Below, one piece after another: positions 1 to 10,771 of a stretch of DNA of 64,000 bases. Both the position numbers and the translations under genes were made by a program. This stretch comes from Malacoraja senta (taxonomy: Eukaryota): the NCBI GenBank assembly GCA_038087875.1, contig CM075977.1, positions 229,338,001 to 229,402,000 on the forward strand, given 5' to 3'. Positions within the stretch are counted from its first letter, which is position 1; each line of letters opens with the position of its first letter. The notes beneath the pieces were generated by a model, which was given only the letters and a program-made list of their open reading frames with translations, was not told the DNA's origin and did no database searches.

Positions 1-237
1 GCCTGACCCACTGCATTACTCCAGCACTGTGTTTTAATCAAGGTTCCAGCATCTGCAGTTCCTTGTGGTTTCCATATTATTTATCTGACGATTCAAGGCT
101 ATAGAAAAATATACTTATTTCAACATACGGCCAATGAAAGAACATTTCTAGCCAATCTGAAAAGAAGTGTTTATTCTGCTTGGTATTCTGTCCTTTTTAT
201 TAATTTCACAAGCAAGCTCTCAATGCACCTGTCACAG

Positions 238-280
238 GGATCACAATCCTGATAATAATCACGCAATGATGCCACAATGA
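238..280 (+). other. Putative terminal exon of an upstream gene-A paralogue lying mostly outside the window
   Basis: Copy of 10729-10771 (cag|G GAT CAC ... CAA TGA). It depends on the uncertain gene A exon-4 model. Confidence 0.3.
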
Positions 281-399
281 ACAATTGTAAACATGAAATA
301 TTTCAAAAAACTGCTTTTTGCTCCAACAATTATACTGTGGACATCGTTTCATTGAGTGGTACAAAGAGTGAAATGGAACATGTGACGATGTTGTGGCTG

Positions 400-890
400 T
401 GCTGGAAAGAGCACAGAGATGATTCACCAGGTAGTGTGCCTTGGTGACTTTCATCTGGTGGATCCAACATCCAGCATCATGAAGTACTTTGAGAGGCTGG
501 TGGTTGCGTACACTAGCTCCAGCCTCCCACACAGCCTTGATCCACTGCAAATCAGCTACTGCTGCAACAGGTCAATGCCATCTCCCTCGACTTTCACTCT
601 TCCCTGCAACATGTAGATAACATAGACACCTACATCCAACTACTAATTGTTGAGCATAGCTCTGCCTTCAACACCATAATGCCATCCAAATTCATCTCAA
701 AACTGCTGGACTTTGGAATCTGCACCCTCCTCGGCAACTGCAACCTTGACTTCTTAACTATAGACTGCCATCAGCAAGGATAGGCAACAAAACATCCTGC
801 TTATTAATTCTCCACTCCTGTGCCTTGCAAGAATATGTTCTAAGCCCCTTAATATACACAATTGTGCAGCTAAACTGCTACAACTCCATT
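400..890 (+). mobile_element. Degenerate Rex1/Babar-type LINE RT fragment (copy at about 10890-11390)
   Basis: Translation IMKYFERLVVAYTSSSLPHSLDPLQISYCCNRS matches the MKCFERLV...LDPLQFAYR RT motif. Stops and frameshifts are present. Confidence 0.7.
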
Positions 891-1099
891 TATACTGAAC
901 TGAAAAGAACCTTTGTTGGGACAACGTTATTCACATGGATGGTCTGAAAGCTTCTGGGTCAGATACCGCAGACATTTAAATTAGTGTTGTGAGGGTTGAT
1001 TCTCTGAGAACACAAACAGAGTCTTGGACTCCTGCAGTTATACAGTGCATGCACAGAAACAGGCCCTTCAGACCTACTTGCCCATGCTGACCAAGCTGC

Positions 1100-3200
1100 C
1101 CTATATACACTGGTCCCATCTGCCCATGTTTGGCCCATATCCCTCTAAACATTTCCTGTCCATGCACCTGGCCAAATGTCTTTTAAATGTTATCTGCCTC
1201 GACTTCCTCTGGCAGCTCGTTTCATATACCCACTGCGCTCTGTGTGAAAAACTTTAGCTCAGATTCTTATTAAATCTTTCCCCTCTCACCTTAAACCTAT
1301 GTCCTCTGGTTCATGATTTCCCTACTTTCGGTAAAACATTGTGTCCACCTATTCTATCTTTTCCCCTCATGCTTTTATACACTTCTATAAGATCACCACT
1401 CATCCTCCTGCGCCCCATGGATTAAAGTTCTAGCCAGCTCAACCTCTCCCTATAGTTCAGGCCCTCAAACCTGGCAACATCCTCGTAAATCTTCTCTGCA
1501 CTCCTTTCAGTCTAACAACATCTTTCCTATAGCAGCGTGACCAAAACTGAACACAAGACTCCAAATGTGGCCTCACCAGCATCTTGTACAACAGTAACAT
1601 AACATCCCAACTTCTGTACTCAATATCCTGACTGATGAAGGCCAATGTGCCAAAAGCCTTCTTGACCTCCCTATCTATCTGTGACACCACGTTCAAGGGG
1701 GTGGGAGATTGCAACCGTCACGTGGTCCACCCTGTTTCGACTAATGCAATCAACCCGACGTGCACAAAGAAGTTCAAATAGAACAAGTTGACCTGCAACT
1801 TTAGGCTGTGCACGCCATAGGCAAGAATAAGACCACTTTCAAGGAACAATGTGCCTGCGCTCCCAGTTCCCTCTGCTCTACAACACTCCCCGGAGCCCAG
1901 CCAAAATATCCCAAGTACTGATAGACAGAACAATTATGCCCATTACCATGTTTAATATGCTATGTAACAAAATAATCAAACTGGAGCCTTTGTTGATCCC
2001 TTTCACAAAGATGCAAAATAACTGAACATAAGTATAACAGCATGGAAGCAGGACCTTCAAACATGTTATATAGAATGGCACAACAAAGGAACAGGTCCAT
2101 CAGACCAGTGTCTGCGCCAAACATGATCAAAAGACAAACTGATCTCATCTGCTTAAATATGATCCCAATATTCCCCTTCCCTGCATATCTATGTGCTTAT
2201 TTAAAAGCTTCTTAAACGCCACTATCGTACCTGCCTCCACCACCATCCCAGGCAGCGCACTCCAGGCATCCTCATGGTAAAAAACCTGCCCTGCATGTCT
2301 CCCTTAAACTCAACGCCTCAGACTTCAAACCTATGCCCTCCAGCCTTAGAAATCTCGAGCCTGGAGAAAAGGTCCTGACTGTCTTTCCTATCTGTGCTTC
2401 CCATAATGTTATACCTCTATCGGCTTTCCACAACCTTTGATGCTCCAGAGAAAACAATCCAAGTTTGTCCAAGTGCTCCTTTTAGCCTATGCACTATAAT
2501 CCAGACACCATTCTGGTTCCTCTTCTGTACCTTCTCCAAAGACTTCACATCCTTCCTGTATTGGGAAGACCAGAATTGCACACAATCCTCAAAATATGGC
2601 CTTACCAAAGTACAACCTGACTTCCTGGCTCTTTAGTCAGTGCCCCGACCAATGAAGGCAAGCGTATCATACGCCTTCTTTACCACTCTCTCTACTTGTG
2701 TTGCCACTTTCATTGAACTATCAACTCGGACCCCAAGGTCCGTCTGCACATCAATTCTGTTAAGGGTCTTACCACTAACTGTAAACTTCCCCCTTATGCA
2801 CCACCTCCCAAAGTGCAACACTTGGTTTAAACTCCATCTGCCATTTCTCTGCCCATATCTGTAACTGATCTATTTCGCACTGTATCATTGGACAGCCTTC
2901 CTCATTGTCCAAAAATCCACACATTTTGCTGTCTTCTGCAAACTTGCTAACCAACCTGTCTACATTTACATCCATGTTCTTTACATATATCACTAACAAC
3001 AGGTTTATCTCCTGTAAACCTTGTCGTTCACACCTAAGGGCTACGCTCACTAGTATTTGATTTTTCCATCCTGGGAAAAAGGTTCTGATTACTCTATCTA
3101 TACATCTCATCATTTTATATTCTTCTATCAGGTTTTCCCACAACCTCTAGCATTCCAGAGAAAACAATCCAAGTCCATAAGACCAAAGTTCACGACAAAT
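1100..3200 (-). mobile_element. Cluster of decayed CR1-type LINE 3' fragments (copy at about 11590-13400)
   Basis: ORF fragments such as KKAFGTLAFISQDIEYRSWDV, LVRPHLESCVQFWS and SKFAEDSKM are CR1 RT C-terminal motifs. Confidence 0.85.
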
Positions 3201-3634
3201 ATAGGTAGGAGTGGAATGAGGCCATTCGGCCCATTGAGACTGCTCTATCGTTCAATCATGACGGACTCTAATGAGAATCTCATTCTCCTGCTTTCTCCTG
3301 CTTTTCTCCTGCTTTCTCCTCATAACCTTTGACACCCTTCACCTTCAAGAACTTGTCTGAATCAAATCAAGACGTTCCTTCAGAGAAGAGTCTGAAGAAG
3401 AGTCCCGACTCAAAACGTCTTTTATCTATGTGCTCCAGAGATGACTCTTGAATGAATATGACCCACTGAGTTACTCCAGCACTTTGTGTCTTTATTTGTA
3501 AACCTGCATCTGTAGTTCCTTGCTTCTACCAATATCGTAACTTTGACATTATCTGCTAATTTCAACATCACGTTATCTAATGTTTTATTTTTTTGTAACA
3601 TCCTGCTGCTGTTTGTTTCTGCTGCAACAGGGTG

Positions 3635-3687
3635 ATTGCAACATTTTATTTCACCTCACCCCCAACTCCATCAAATTTGGTTATAAA
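3635..3687 (+). promoter_or_regulatory. Gene A proximal promoter: C/EBP-like ATTGCAAC (3635-3642) and TATA box TATAAA (3682-3687)
   Basis: TATAAA lies 74 nt before the ATG at 3761. A similar arrangement occurs upstream of genes B and C. Confidence 0.55.
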
Positions 3688-3760
3688 CACAGGTCTTAAA
3701 CTGACAGCAGATACACCTGCAGAACCAGAGAGACGTGTCAGGGAGAACTGGAATCCAAGA

Positions 3761-3824
3761 ATGAATTGTGGTGCTACTGTTGCAATCCTGCTGCTGTTTG
3801 GACATTGTGAAGCTTTCTCTCAGG
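3761..3824 (+). CDS. CXC chemokine-like gene A, exon 1 (signal peptide MNCGATVAILLLFGHCEAFSQ)
   Basis: ATG, hydrophobic core, 64 nt ending in phase 1 at G|gttaag. Clear nucleotide similarity to gene C exon 1. Confidence 0.8.
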
Positions 3825-4034
3825 GTTAAGGGAAGCATCTGCAAAGGTAGAAAAGGACAATCAAGAGAATTCTTACAGAAAGATATTCCCATACTTCTTA
3901 ATTGGAATGCCATGGCAACGGAAGCATAAAACTTCTTGGCCAAGTAGTAGTACTTATTCATCTGGCTAATTGGCTTCATTTAAAGCGAGAGATTTCATTT
4001 TATAAACAGACCATTGGCTAAATAATCTTAGAAA

Positions 4035-4235
4035 CAAGGAACTGCAGTTGGTGTTGTACAAAAATATATACAAAGTGCTGTGGTAACTCAGCAGGATTAG
4101 GCAGCATGTCTGGAGAACATGGATAGGTGACGTTTTAGGTTGGGACCTGAAGATAGGCCCTGATCCTGAAACGTCACCTATCCATGTTCTCCCAAGATGC
4201 TGCCTGATCCAGCTTGTCCCAGCTGACTCTTCCAC
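4035..4235. repeat. Short fold-back interspersed repeat of probable Penelope origin (other copies at about 3370-3530, 10370-10560, 19290-19430, 33340-33500, 37380-37480, 51813-52008, 56240-56320, 57050-57150)
   Basis: Recurrent gtaactcagcgggtcaggcagcatctctggag arm and ctgaagaagggt...acccgaaacgtc motif, often in inverted pairs. Confidence 0.6.
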
Positions 4236-5153
4236 AGCAACTACTAGAGTAAAGGACAATTAGACATGTTGTTTTCAGGATGAAGCATTAAACAGTCTTC
4301 TCAGGCACATATAAAAGTTTGCATGTCACTCATTGAAAAAAAATTGTCTGTGTCCAGAACAAAATTTATGCTCATGATTTTAAAAAATCTGATAATCTTG
4401 TCATTTAAATTATTTCATGTTGTACATAAAACAGCTGCGTAAAGCCTACACTGCAAATTGTTATAATGCACATTTTGATATCCTTAGGTTTATTGAAAGG
4501 TAAAGTTAAATTGGAAGAAGAAAGGATATGTCATCTTATAATGCTTGCTACCATCTCAGGCAATTTCCAACAAACTGTTTTTCACCTGATAGATTTGTGC
4601 TGGCACTGAGCTCAACTGCAGTGACGAATGCAAAAGTTTAACGCAGGATTCAAAATAGTAAGATTAAACGAGAACTTGCCAGTTTGAAGTTTGATCTGTA
4701 TTTTATGAGGAGTTACGATGAGGGATTACGTGAAGAACCCGTCCAGCACGCATGCGCGACATACTTCAAAGCAGCGGTGTGGAATCACAGGAACACAATA
4801 ATTGAAATAAACATAGTAAAGAAAAGGAGAACTAAGATACCAGTTGATCTCTATAATTGAGGGTGGGAGCGGAGGGCACGTAATCCCTCATCGTAACCCC
4901 TCATAAAATACAGATCAAACTTCAACTGGTAAGTTCTCGTTTAATCTTACTATTTTACTTCGGAGTCACGAGAGTGACTACGTGAAGATTTTAAAGCTCT
5001 GTGATTTCAAACCGTGTAACAGTTCATACTTCACTCGCTGCCGAAGTCATTCAAGGGATGAAATATGTTATCGTAATCAACCATGAATCTGTTGTAAACA
5101 ATAATGGTATTTTTTAAACAATAACTAAAGAAAAATGCTCCCCCGGGCTTAAA

Positions 5154-6134
5154 TTATATATTTGCAGATTCTAAAACTCTTTCTGCAAATAATACTGGTT
5201 CTGCTAGAGGCTTGTTGTAGAATGTTTGGAAAGTTTTCTCCATGGACCACCCCGCTGTAGCCAGGTCCAGTGGCACGTCCATCCTTTTACCCGCTAATGT
5301 GGATGCTGCCCTGGTGGAGTGAGATGTATATACGTCAGTATCTACTCCAGCGGCTCCCAGTACCTGCTTGAGCCATCTTGAGATAGTTTGGCTCGACACC
5401 CGACCATGAGGTTTCTTGTGGCTGACCCATAAGGCTTTTTCTCTCCCTCGGGAATCTCTTGTTGTGTTGATGTAAGTGAGTAAGTGAGTCATGACACATA
5501 ACCGTGGGTCAGGTGGGTATGCCCAGAAATCCATAACTAGGCCTGAAGTTCCTAGCCTGTTCTGCTTTACCAGCTCCTGAATGGTGAATGAGACACGGTC
5601 TGGTGTTATAACCATGTTGTCCAGTCGCAGTAAGTGGAGGGACTGGACTCTTTGTGCTGAGACTAGTGCCATCAGCATTACCGTTTTCAGGGTTAGCTGT
5701 TCCAGGGTGAGAGACCTGGCTGGTGACCATCCCCTTCAGTATGTCAGGACCACACTGACATCCCAGATTTGGGTGTACCTAGGTCTAGGGGGGCTGGAGT
5801 TGAATATACCTCTCATGAGTTTGATCACCAGCGGGTGAGACCCTATGGCCTGTTGTCCTGGTGCCTGTTTTAAGTAGGCTGACAGAGCACTTCTGGCAGT
5901 ATTGATGGCGCTGTAGCTCAGTCCTTCATTATGGTGAAGGCCGGCCAGGAACTCCAGTACATTGGTTATGGTTGTAGATGAGTATGTTGTCCCAGTATTG
6001 GAGCAGTATCTTTCCCACTTCCTGATGCTCGATAGGTATTGTTTCCTGGTGGACATACGGTGGGACGCTGTCATCGTGTTGATGGTCCTGTCAGACAATC
6101 CCAGGCCCAGCAGTGGTGTTTTCATAATCTGCAA
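5154..6134 (-). pseudogene. DIRS tyrosine recombinase, split into two ORFs
   Basis: SHSTRAAS...AGWS...FQTFYNKP catalytic motifs (5154-5678) and an N-terminal core-binding region (5736-6134). Confidence 0.88.
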
Positions 6135-8142
6135 CCCAGTAGGTTAATTTTGTCATGGCATGGATAACTTATGCCTGATACCGGGTGAGTCAATAGGTCT
6201 GGGCTACTGGGAAAGGTCATAGGAGTTTCGATGACCATGTCGAGGACCACTGGGAACCATGGCTGTGTAGGCCAGTCAGGTACTATCAAAATACCTGAAG
6301 CAGAGTCCATCTGTATTTTGCATAGTACCCTACTGATGAGGCAGAAGGCGGAAAGGCATAAAATAAATCGTTTCCCCAGTTCAGCGCGAATGCATCTATC
6401 GCTGCTGCCTCAGGGTCTGGTTCCCAAGCGACATACATTGGTACCTGGTGATTTAGTCTGGATGCAAAGAGATCGATATCTGGTGTGCCATATTGCTTTG
6501 TAATTTTAGCAAAAGCTTTAGGATTTAACATCCATTCGGTGTTATCATTGAATTTGCATGACCTGGTGTCTGCCACTGTATTTAGCTTACCTGGTAGGTA
6601 AGTTGCTGATAGCCAAATATGTCTATCGACACAGCCAGATTATGTTGACCAAATTGTCACATGATATCGATTTTATTCCGCCCATATGGTTAATATAGGC
6701 CACCACCGTGGTATTATCAATCTGTAAACGAACATGCAAATGGTGCATATTCGTAGAATATGCTTTTAAACCATAAAACGCACCCAACATTTCCAAATAA
6801 TTTATGCCCAGTGTTTGTAGTAAAGATGATTCTAGGTTAGTCCATCTACCACCTGTGCTGGATATGGTATTAGTTGCTCCCCAGCCTTGAGCACTGGCAT
6901 CTGTTTGTATAGTTAACGTTGGGTTATTGATGATGATAGGGCTGGAACTATGCCAAATGTGCTCTATCCACCATTGTAACTCTGATGTTGCTTCAATGGG
7001 TAATTTCATGGTTCGGTCAAAGTGACCTGCATGTCGTTTTAACGCCTGTACTTTTGCCATTTGTAAGTTTTGATAGTGCAGATGTCCAAATTGTGTAGCT
7101 GGAAATGCTGCTACCATTTTGCCAATTACTCTTGCCACTTGTCGGATGGTTGGTCGATCGCTAACCATTAAATTGTTACACGTCTGTGCCAATTCTGCTG
7201 CTTTATCTTTTTGGCAATGTTACAGACATGTGGACTGAGTTAATTGTGAATCCCAGATAGTCCATAGTTGTGGATGGCGTCAACTTAGATTTATCTGGAT
7301 GTAAGACAAATCCCAGGGTTTCAAACAATTGTTTGGTAGCTAATACAGCTGATTTAGCCAATTCCATGGTTTTGCCTACTATTAGAATATCATCAAGATA
7401 TGCCATGACAATATGTCTCTGTTTTCTTAATGTTGCCAAGGCTGGTTTTAATATCTTGGTAAATAGTCTTGGGGCTGATGTTAACCCATTAGGCAACGCT
7501 TTAAACTGCCATAGTTGCCCCATCCAGGTAAATTTCAGGTATCTGCGATGATCCTTTTGAATGGGTACTGTACAGTATAGTAGGCATCTTTTAAATCAAT
7601 GCTTGTCATAAAGTATCCTTTGGAAATCATTTGTTTGGCAGTTACAAATGTTTCCATTTTGAAATGTATATACTTAACAAAGATATTTAGTGAGGTTAAG
7701 TCAATGATGATGCGATATCCACCATCTTTTTTGTTTTTGGTAAATATATTTGAGACAAATTCCAAAGGTTCATGTTTGGATTTCTCAAGTAACCCTTTGT
7801 AAGTAACCTCACCAGTTCTGCTTGACCCTCTAGTTTTTCTTTGACTGAGAGGGTAAAGACCCTTTGGGGTGCATGCTGAACTGGTGGCATATTTTCTTGA
7901 ATGAACTCTATTTTGTATCCACGAATACTGTTAAGTATATAACTATCATTCGTGATAGACCTCCATGCTTCCATGAACAGATGTAATCTCCCCCCTGTTA
8001 GTAAAGTTCCCCCACTTTTTATATGCTGGTAGGAACCAGACCCACCTACCTCCATAGTTATGGGAGTGTTCCTTTCTTCGGTTTCTTCATCCGTCGTTAT
8101 GCTGCTGGATGTACTGCTGGTTGGGGGTGGCGCATTTTCCAT
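6122..8142 (-). pseudogene. DIRS pol: RT, RNase H and DNA adenine methyltransferase-like domain, frameshifted
   Basis: IDLKDAYY, LPNGLTSAP, MAYLDD; IQTDASAQGWG, NYLEM, IDNTTVVAYIN; IDLFAS...FYAFPP. These lie in successive frames. Confidence 0.88.
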
Positions 8143-9041
8143 GGGGTCCGCTCTGGGCCCTGGCCTAAAAAAGGCTTTCGGGGATGGTATGCGGACCCCG
8201 AGCTTTCACCAGTCCCATAAGTTTGACGTCGACTGGTGGACGCGGTGGGGTACTGCCGTCTGGGTTGTGTGGGTCTGCTCGTTCCGGGGCCTGCCCTCAT
8301 GAGGCCGAATGATTTGGACTCTTCCTCCAGGTCTTTTACTTGTTTTGACAAGTCCTTACCAAATAGCAGGATCTGTGGCTCTGAGGCCGGTGTTTTGCAC
8401 AGTGCTGCAAATTTGGAATTGAGGGCAGGTCTTATTATCTCCTTGCGGAGGTTGTTTATCTCATATTGGGTGTTACACAGCAGAGCCAGAGTGTCTTGCT
8501 GGTTGGTGGTCATAACCACCCCATCCACGGAACGAGCATAGGATGTTATCCCTGTCGTCAGGAGCTTGAGGATACGCTGTAATTTTAGCTCCTGGATCCG
8601 GATACTCTGTCCAACGTACCCCCAGATTTGGCTGTTAACGGCCGGTACGTTGAGTGAACTGCAGTTCTCCAGAGGCGAGTAGAGTTCTAGTGCCTCATTG
8701 ACTACCTGTTCTTGTATGGGTTTGAGGGACAGGTAGTCAATGCTGGCCACCAGTTTTGGCTGCAACGGCCACCCTGTGCGTGGTGTAGCCACGTAGCGAT
8801 TCACCAAACCCAGCAGCTCTTCCTGGTCCTGTACCCCAAGCGTACTCCCGACATCTTCGGCCATTGACCCCTGTTCCTGACCAGCCCAGCCCTGGTCGCC
8901 AACGCTGACCTCGGCTGAGGGGGAAGCGATGGCCAGTGTATTGTAAGGCACTGGTACGGGAGTACCTGAATTCCCTTGGCGAGACTGCTCCAGCTCCCGA
9001 AGCAAGTCTCGCTGGAGCATTTGCTCCATGAGCCTTTCCAT
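8097..9041 (-). CDS. DIRS ORF1 (Gag-like), 314 aa open
   Basis: Long ORF upstream of and overlapping pol. Homologous to 25529-26017 in the second DIRS (VPAVNS.IWG, LFG.DL.KQVKDL.EE). Confidence 0.75.
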   Translation of the reverse strand: MERLMEQMLQRDLLRELEQSRQGNSGTPVPVPYNTLAIASPSAEVSVGDQGWAGQEQGSMAEDVGSTLGVQDQEELLGLVNRYVATPRTGWPLQPKLVASIDYLSLKPIQEQVVNEALELYSPLENCSSLNVPAVNSQIWGYVGQSIRIQELKLQRILKLLTTGITSYARSVDGVVMTTNQQDTLALLCNTQYEINNLRKEIIRPALNSKFAALCKTPASEPQILLFGKDLSKQVKDLEEESKSFGLMRAGPGTSRPTQPRRQYPTASTSRRQTYGTGESSGSAYHPRKPFLGQGPERTPWKMRHPQPAVHPAA

Positions 9042-9711
9042 GCGGCTCAGGTGGCTACTTCTGCCGCTCGTCGTCCTCGAGTCTTCCTCGTCGGAGTTAT
9101 CAGAGATTACCGGCCGGTCAGTTTTTCGTTTTGATTTACCTCCAGTCCGCTGCTGTTGTTCAGGCTGCGCTAGCGGTACTGGGCTCGGCTCGGTATCAAT
9201 GATTGTGGACCGCAGCGTGTGCGGTCCAATTGCCGCCTCTCGCCCCCCACTGATGGGACACTCCTGTTCTGTTGGAGTCGAACGGGGGCCGGTATTTTTT
9301 CCCTTGCCGTGCTTTGCACATTTTCCAGCTTTTCGATCTGGAGTTTACAAAGCAGAGCAAAGCTTCCTAATTACGACCTCAGAGTAAGTACTTACCTGAT
9401 GGTCCGCTTTTTTAAGCTTGTAACGGCAGCGCCTGCACTCCCGTTCGTCGCTGTTGCTCTGCGTGAACGCTAATGACGCGCATGCGTGCTGGTCGGGTTC
9501 TTCACGTAGTCACTCACGTGACTCCGAAGTAAAATTTAAGGACAAAAAGACATTAAATGCATTGTGATTCCAATAATGAGGTCGCTGCTTCCAAGTTACA
9601 TGTACTGTAACAAAATGATAATTAATTTTCACTGCACATCACATGTATACAAATACTGTGTAAATCACCATTTAAAGAATCATTTTTTACAACATTTAAT
9701 TTATTTTGCAG

Positions 9712-9844
9712 TTGTTCCTGTAAATGAAGATGAGGATGCACACTGTCGGTGTCCTGGCTATCATAAGAACAAGATACCCGGGATTTACATAACACAAATT
9801 GATATCTTTCCCAAGAGTAGAAGTTACAGAACAACAGAAATCAT
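9712..9844 (+). CDS. Gene A exon 2: (V)VPVNEDEDAHCRCPGYHKNKIPGIYITQIDIFPKSRSYRTTEI(I); CxC motif, Cys3 position is Tyr
   Basis: ttattttgcag| acceptor, AT|gtaaga donor, 133 nt, phase 1 to phase 2. CRC motif and TEII exon end are typical of CXC chemokines. Confidence 0.9.
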
Positions 9845-10083
9845 GTAAGAATTGATTTAATTAGAATTAAACTTGTCACACTTATATTTCCATGGTGGTT
9901 TTGCTGATCATTTGAAGAAATTGAGTAAACGCATTTATATGGGCAGATCATCTGAAGTAGAAAAGACAATCAGAAGAATCCTTACAGAAGGCTAATCCCA
10001 TACTTCTTAAATAAGCCCGTGGCAATGTAAACGTAAAATTTCAAGTTATCAAAAAGATGTAAAATGTCCCCTTTCCGTTTCAG

Positions 10084-10182
10084 AGCACAGATTTATCCAA
10101 AATACAAGAGGAAGCCAATTTGTGTGGAGAGGACGGCTCCTTGGCTAAAGATATTAATCGAAGATTTATTAGCAAATACAAA
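10084..10182 (+). CDS. Gene A exon 3: AQIYPKYKRKPICVERTAPWLKILIEDLLANT; contains Cys4 and the APW motif
   Basis: ctttccgtttcag| acceptor, phase 2. Ends at AA|gtaaag, or reads through to K-stop at TAA 10184-10186. Confidence 0.88.
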
Positions 10183-10728
10183 GTAAAGAAAATAAGGACT
10201 TCATTTGCTGAAATGGTATTATACATTGTGAAATGTTCTTTTTGCTACAACTTCACTGTTAAATGATTTTCATTCTGGAAACATGATTTCCAGAATTGTA
10301 CCTCCAATATAAGTGTTTCATTTCATTAATAGCTTTCTAAAACTAACTATCAATAGGTAATGGGGACACAAGGAACTGCACATGCTAGTATCTTGAGCAA
10401 ACACAAAATGCCGGAGTAACTCATGAGTTGGGTTAGGAAAGTCAGGGGCGCCACCCAAATCATTGGCTATCCATTTCCTCCACAGATGCTGCCTGACCCA
10501 CTGCATTACTCCAGCACTGTGTGTTTTAATCAAGGTTCCAGCATCTGCAGTTCCTTGTGGTTTCAATATTGTTTATCTGACAGTTTATGGCAGTAGAAAA
10601 ATATACTAATTTCAACATACGGCCAAAGAAAGAAAATTTCTATCCAATCTGAAAATAAGTGTTTACTCTGCTTGGTGCTCTGTCCCTTTATTAATTTCAC
10701 AAGCAAGCTCTCAATGCACCTGTCACAG

Positions 10729-10771
10729 GGATCACAATCCTGATAATAATCACGCAATGATGCCACAATGA
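10729..10771 (+). CDS. Putative gene A exon 4: (K)DHNPDNNHAMMPQ*
   Basis: cacag| acceptor in phase 2 and AATAAA at 10796-10801. An alternative acceptor near 10703, or read-through of exon 3, cannot be excluded. Confidence 0.35.

Larger units (their letters stand above)
1..2910. repeat. Segmental duplication: near-identical copy of 10491-13403 (3' part of an upstream gene-A-like unit)
   Basis: Position 1 gcctgacccactgcattact equals 10491. Colinear identity continues to gacagccttcctcattgtcc (about 2910 and 13403). Confidence 0.95.
4652..9534 (-). mobile_element. Full-length DIRS1-type tyrosine-recombinase retrotransposon (4.9 kb, frameshifted) in intron 1 of gene A
   Basis: ITR core at 4728-4758 and 9477-9507 (31 bp, 1 mismatch). 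Internal complementary region 4878-4987 joins both ends. Gag, RT (YLDD), RNase H, methyltransferase-like and YR ORFs are present. No TSD; both ends sit at an AAAA tract. Confidence 0.93.

Noticed and set aside
206-550. 114-aa minus ORF and the related 10563-10775 ORF (DYYQDCDPCDRC)
   Set aside because: Antisense to a Rex1 remnant and the putative terminal exon. The two duplicates favour different frames.
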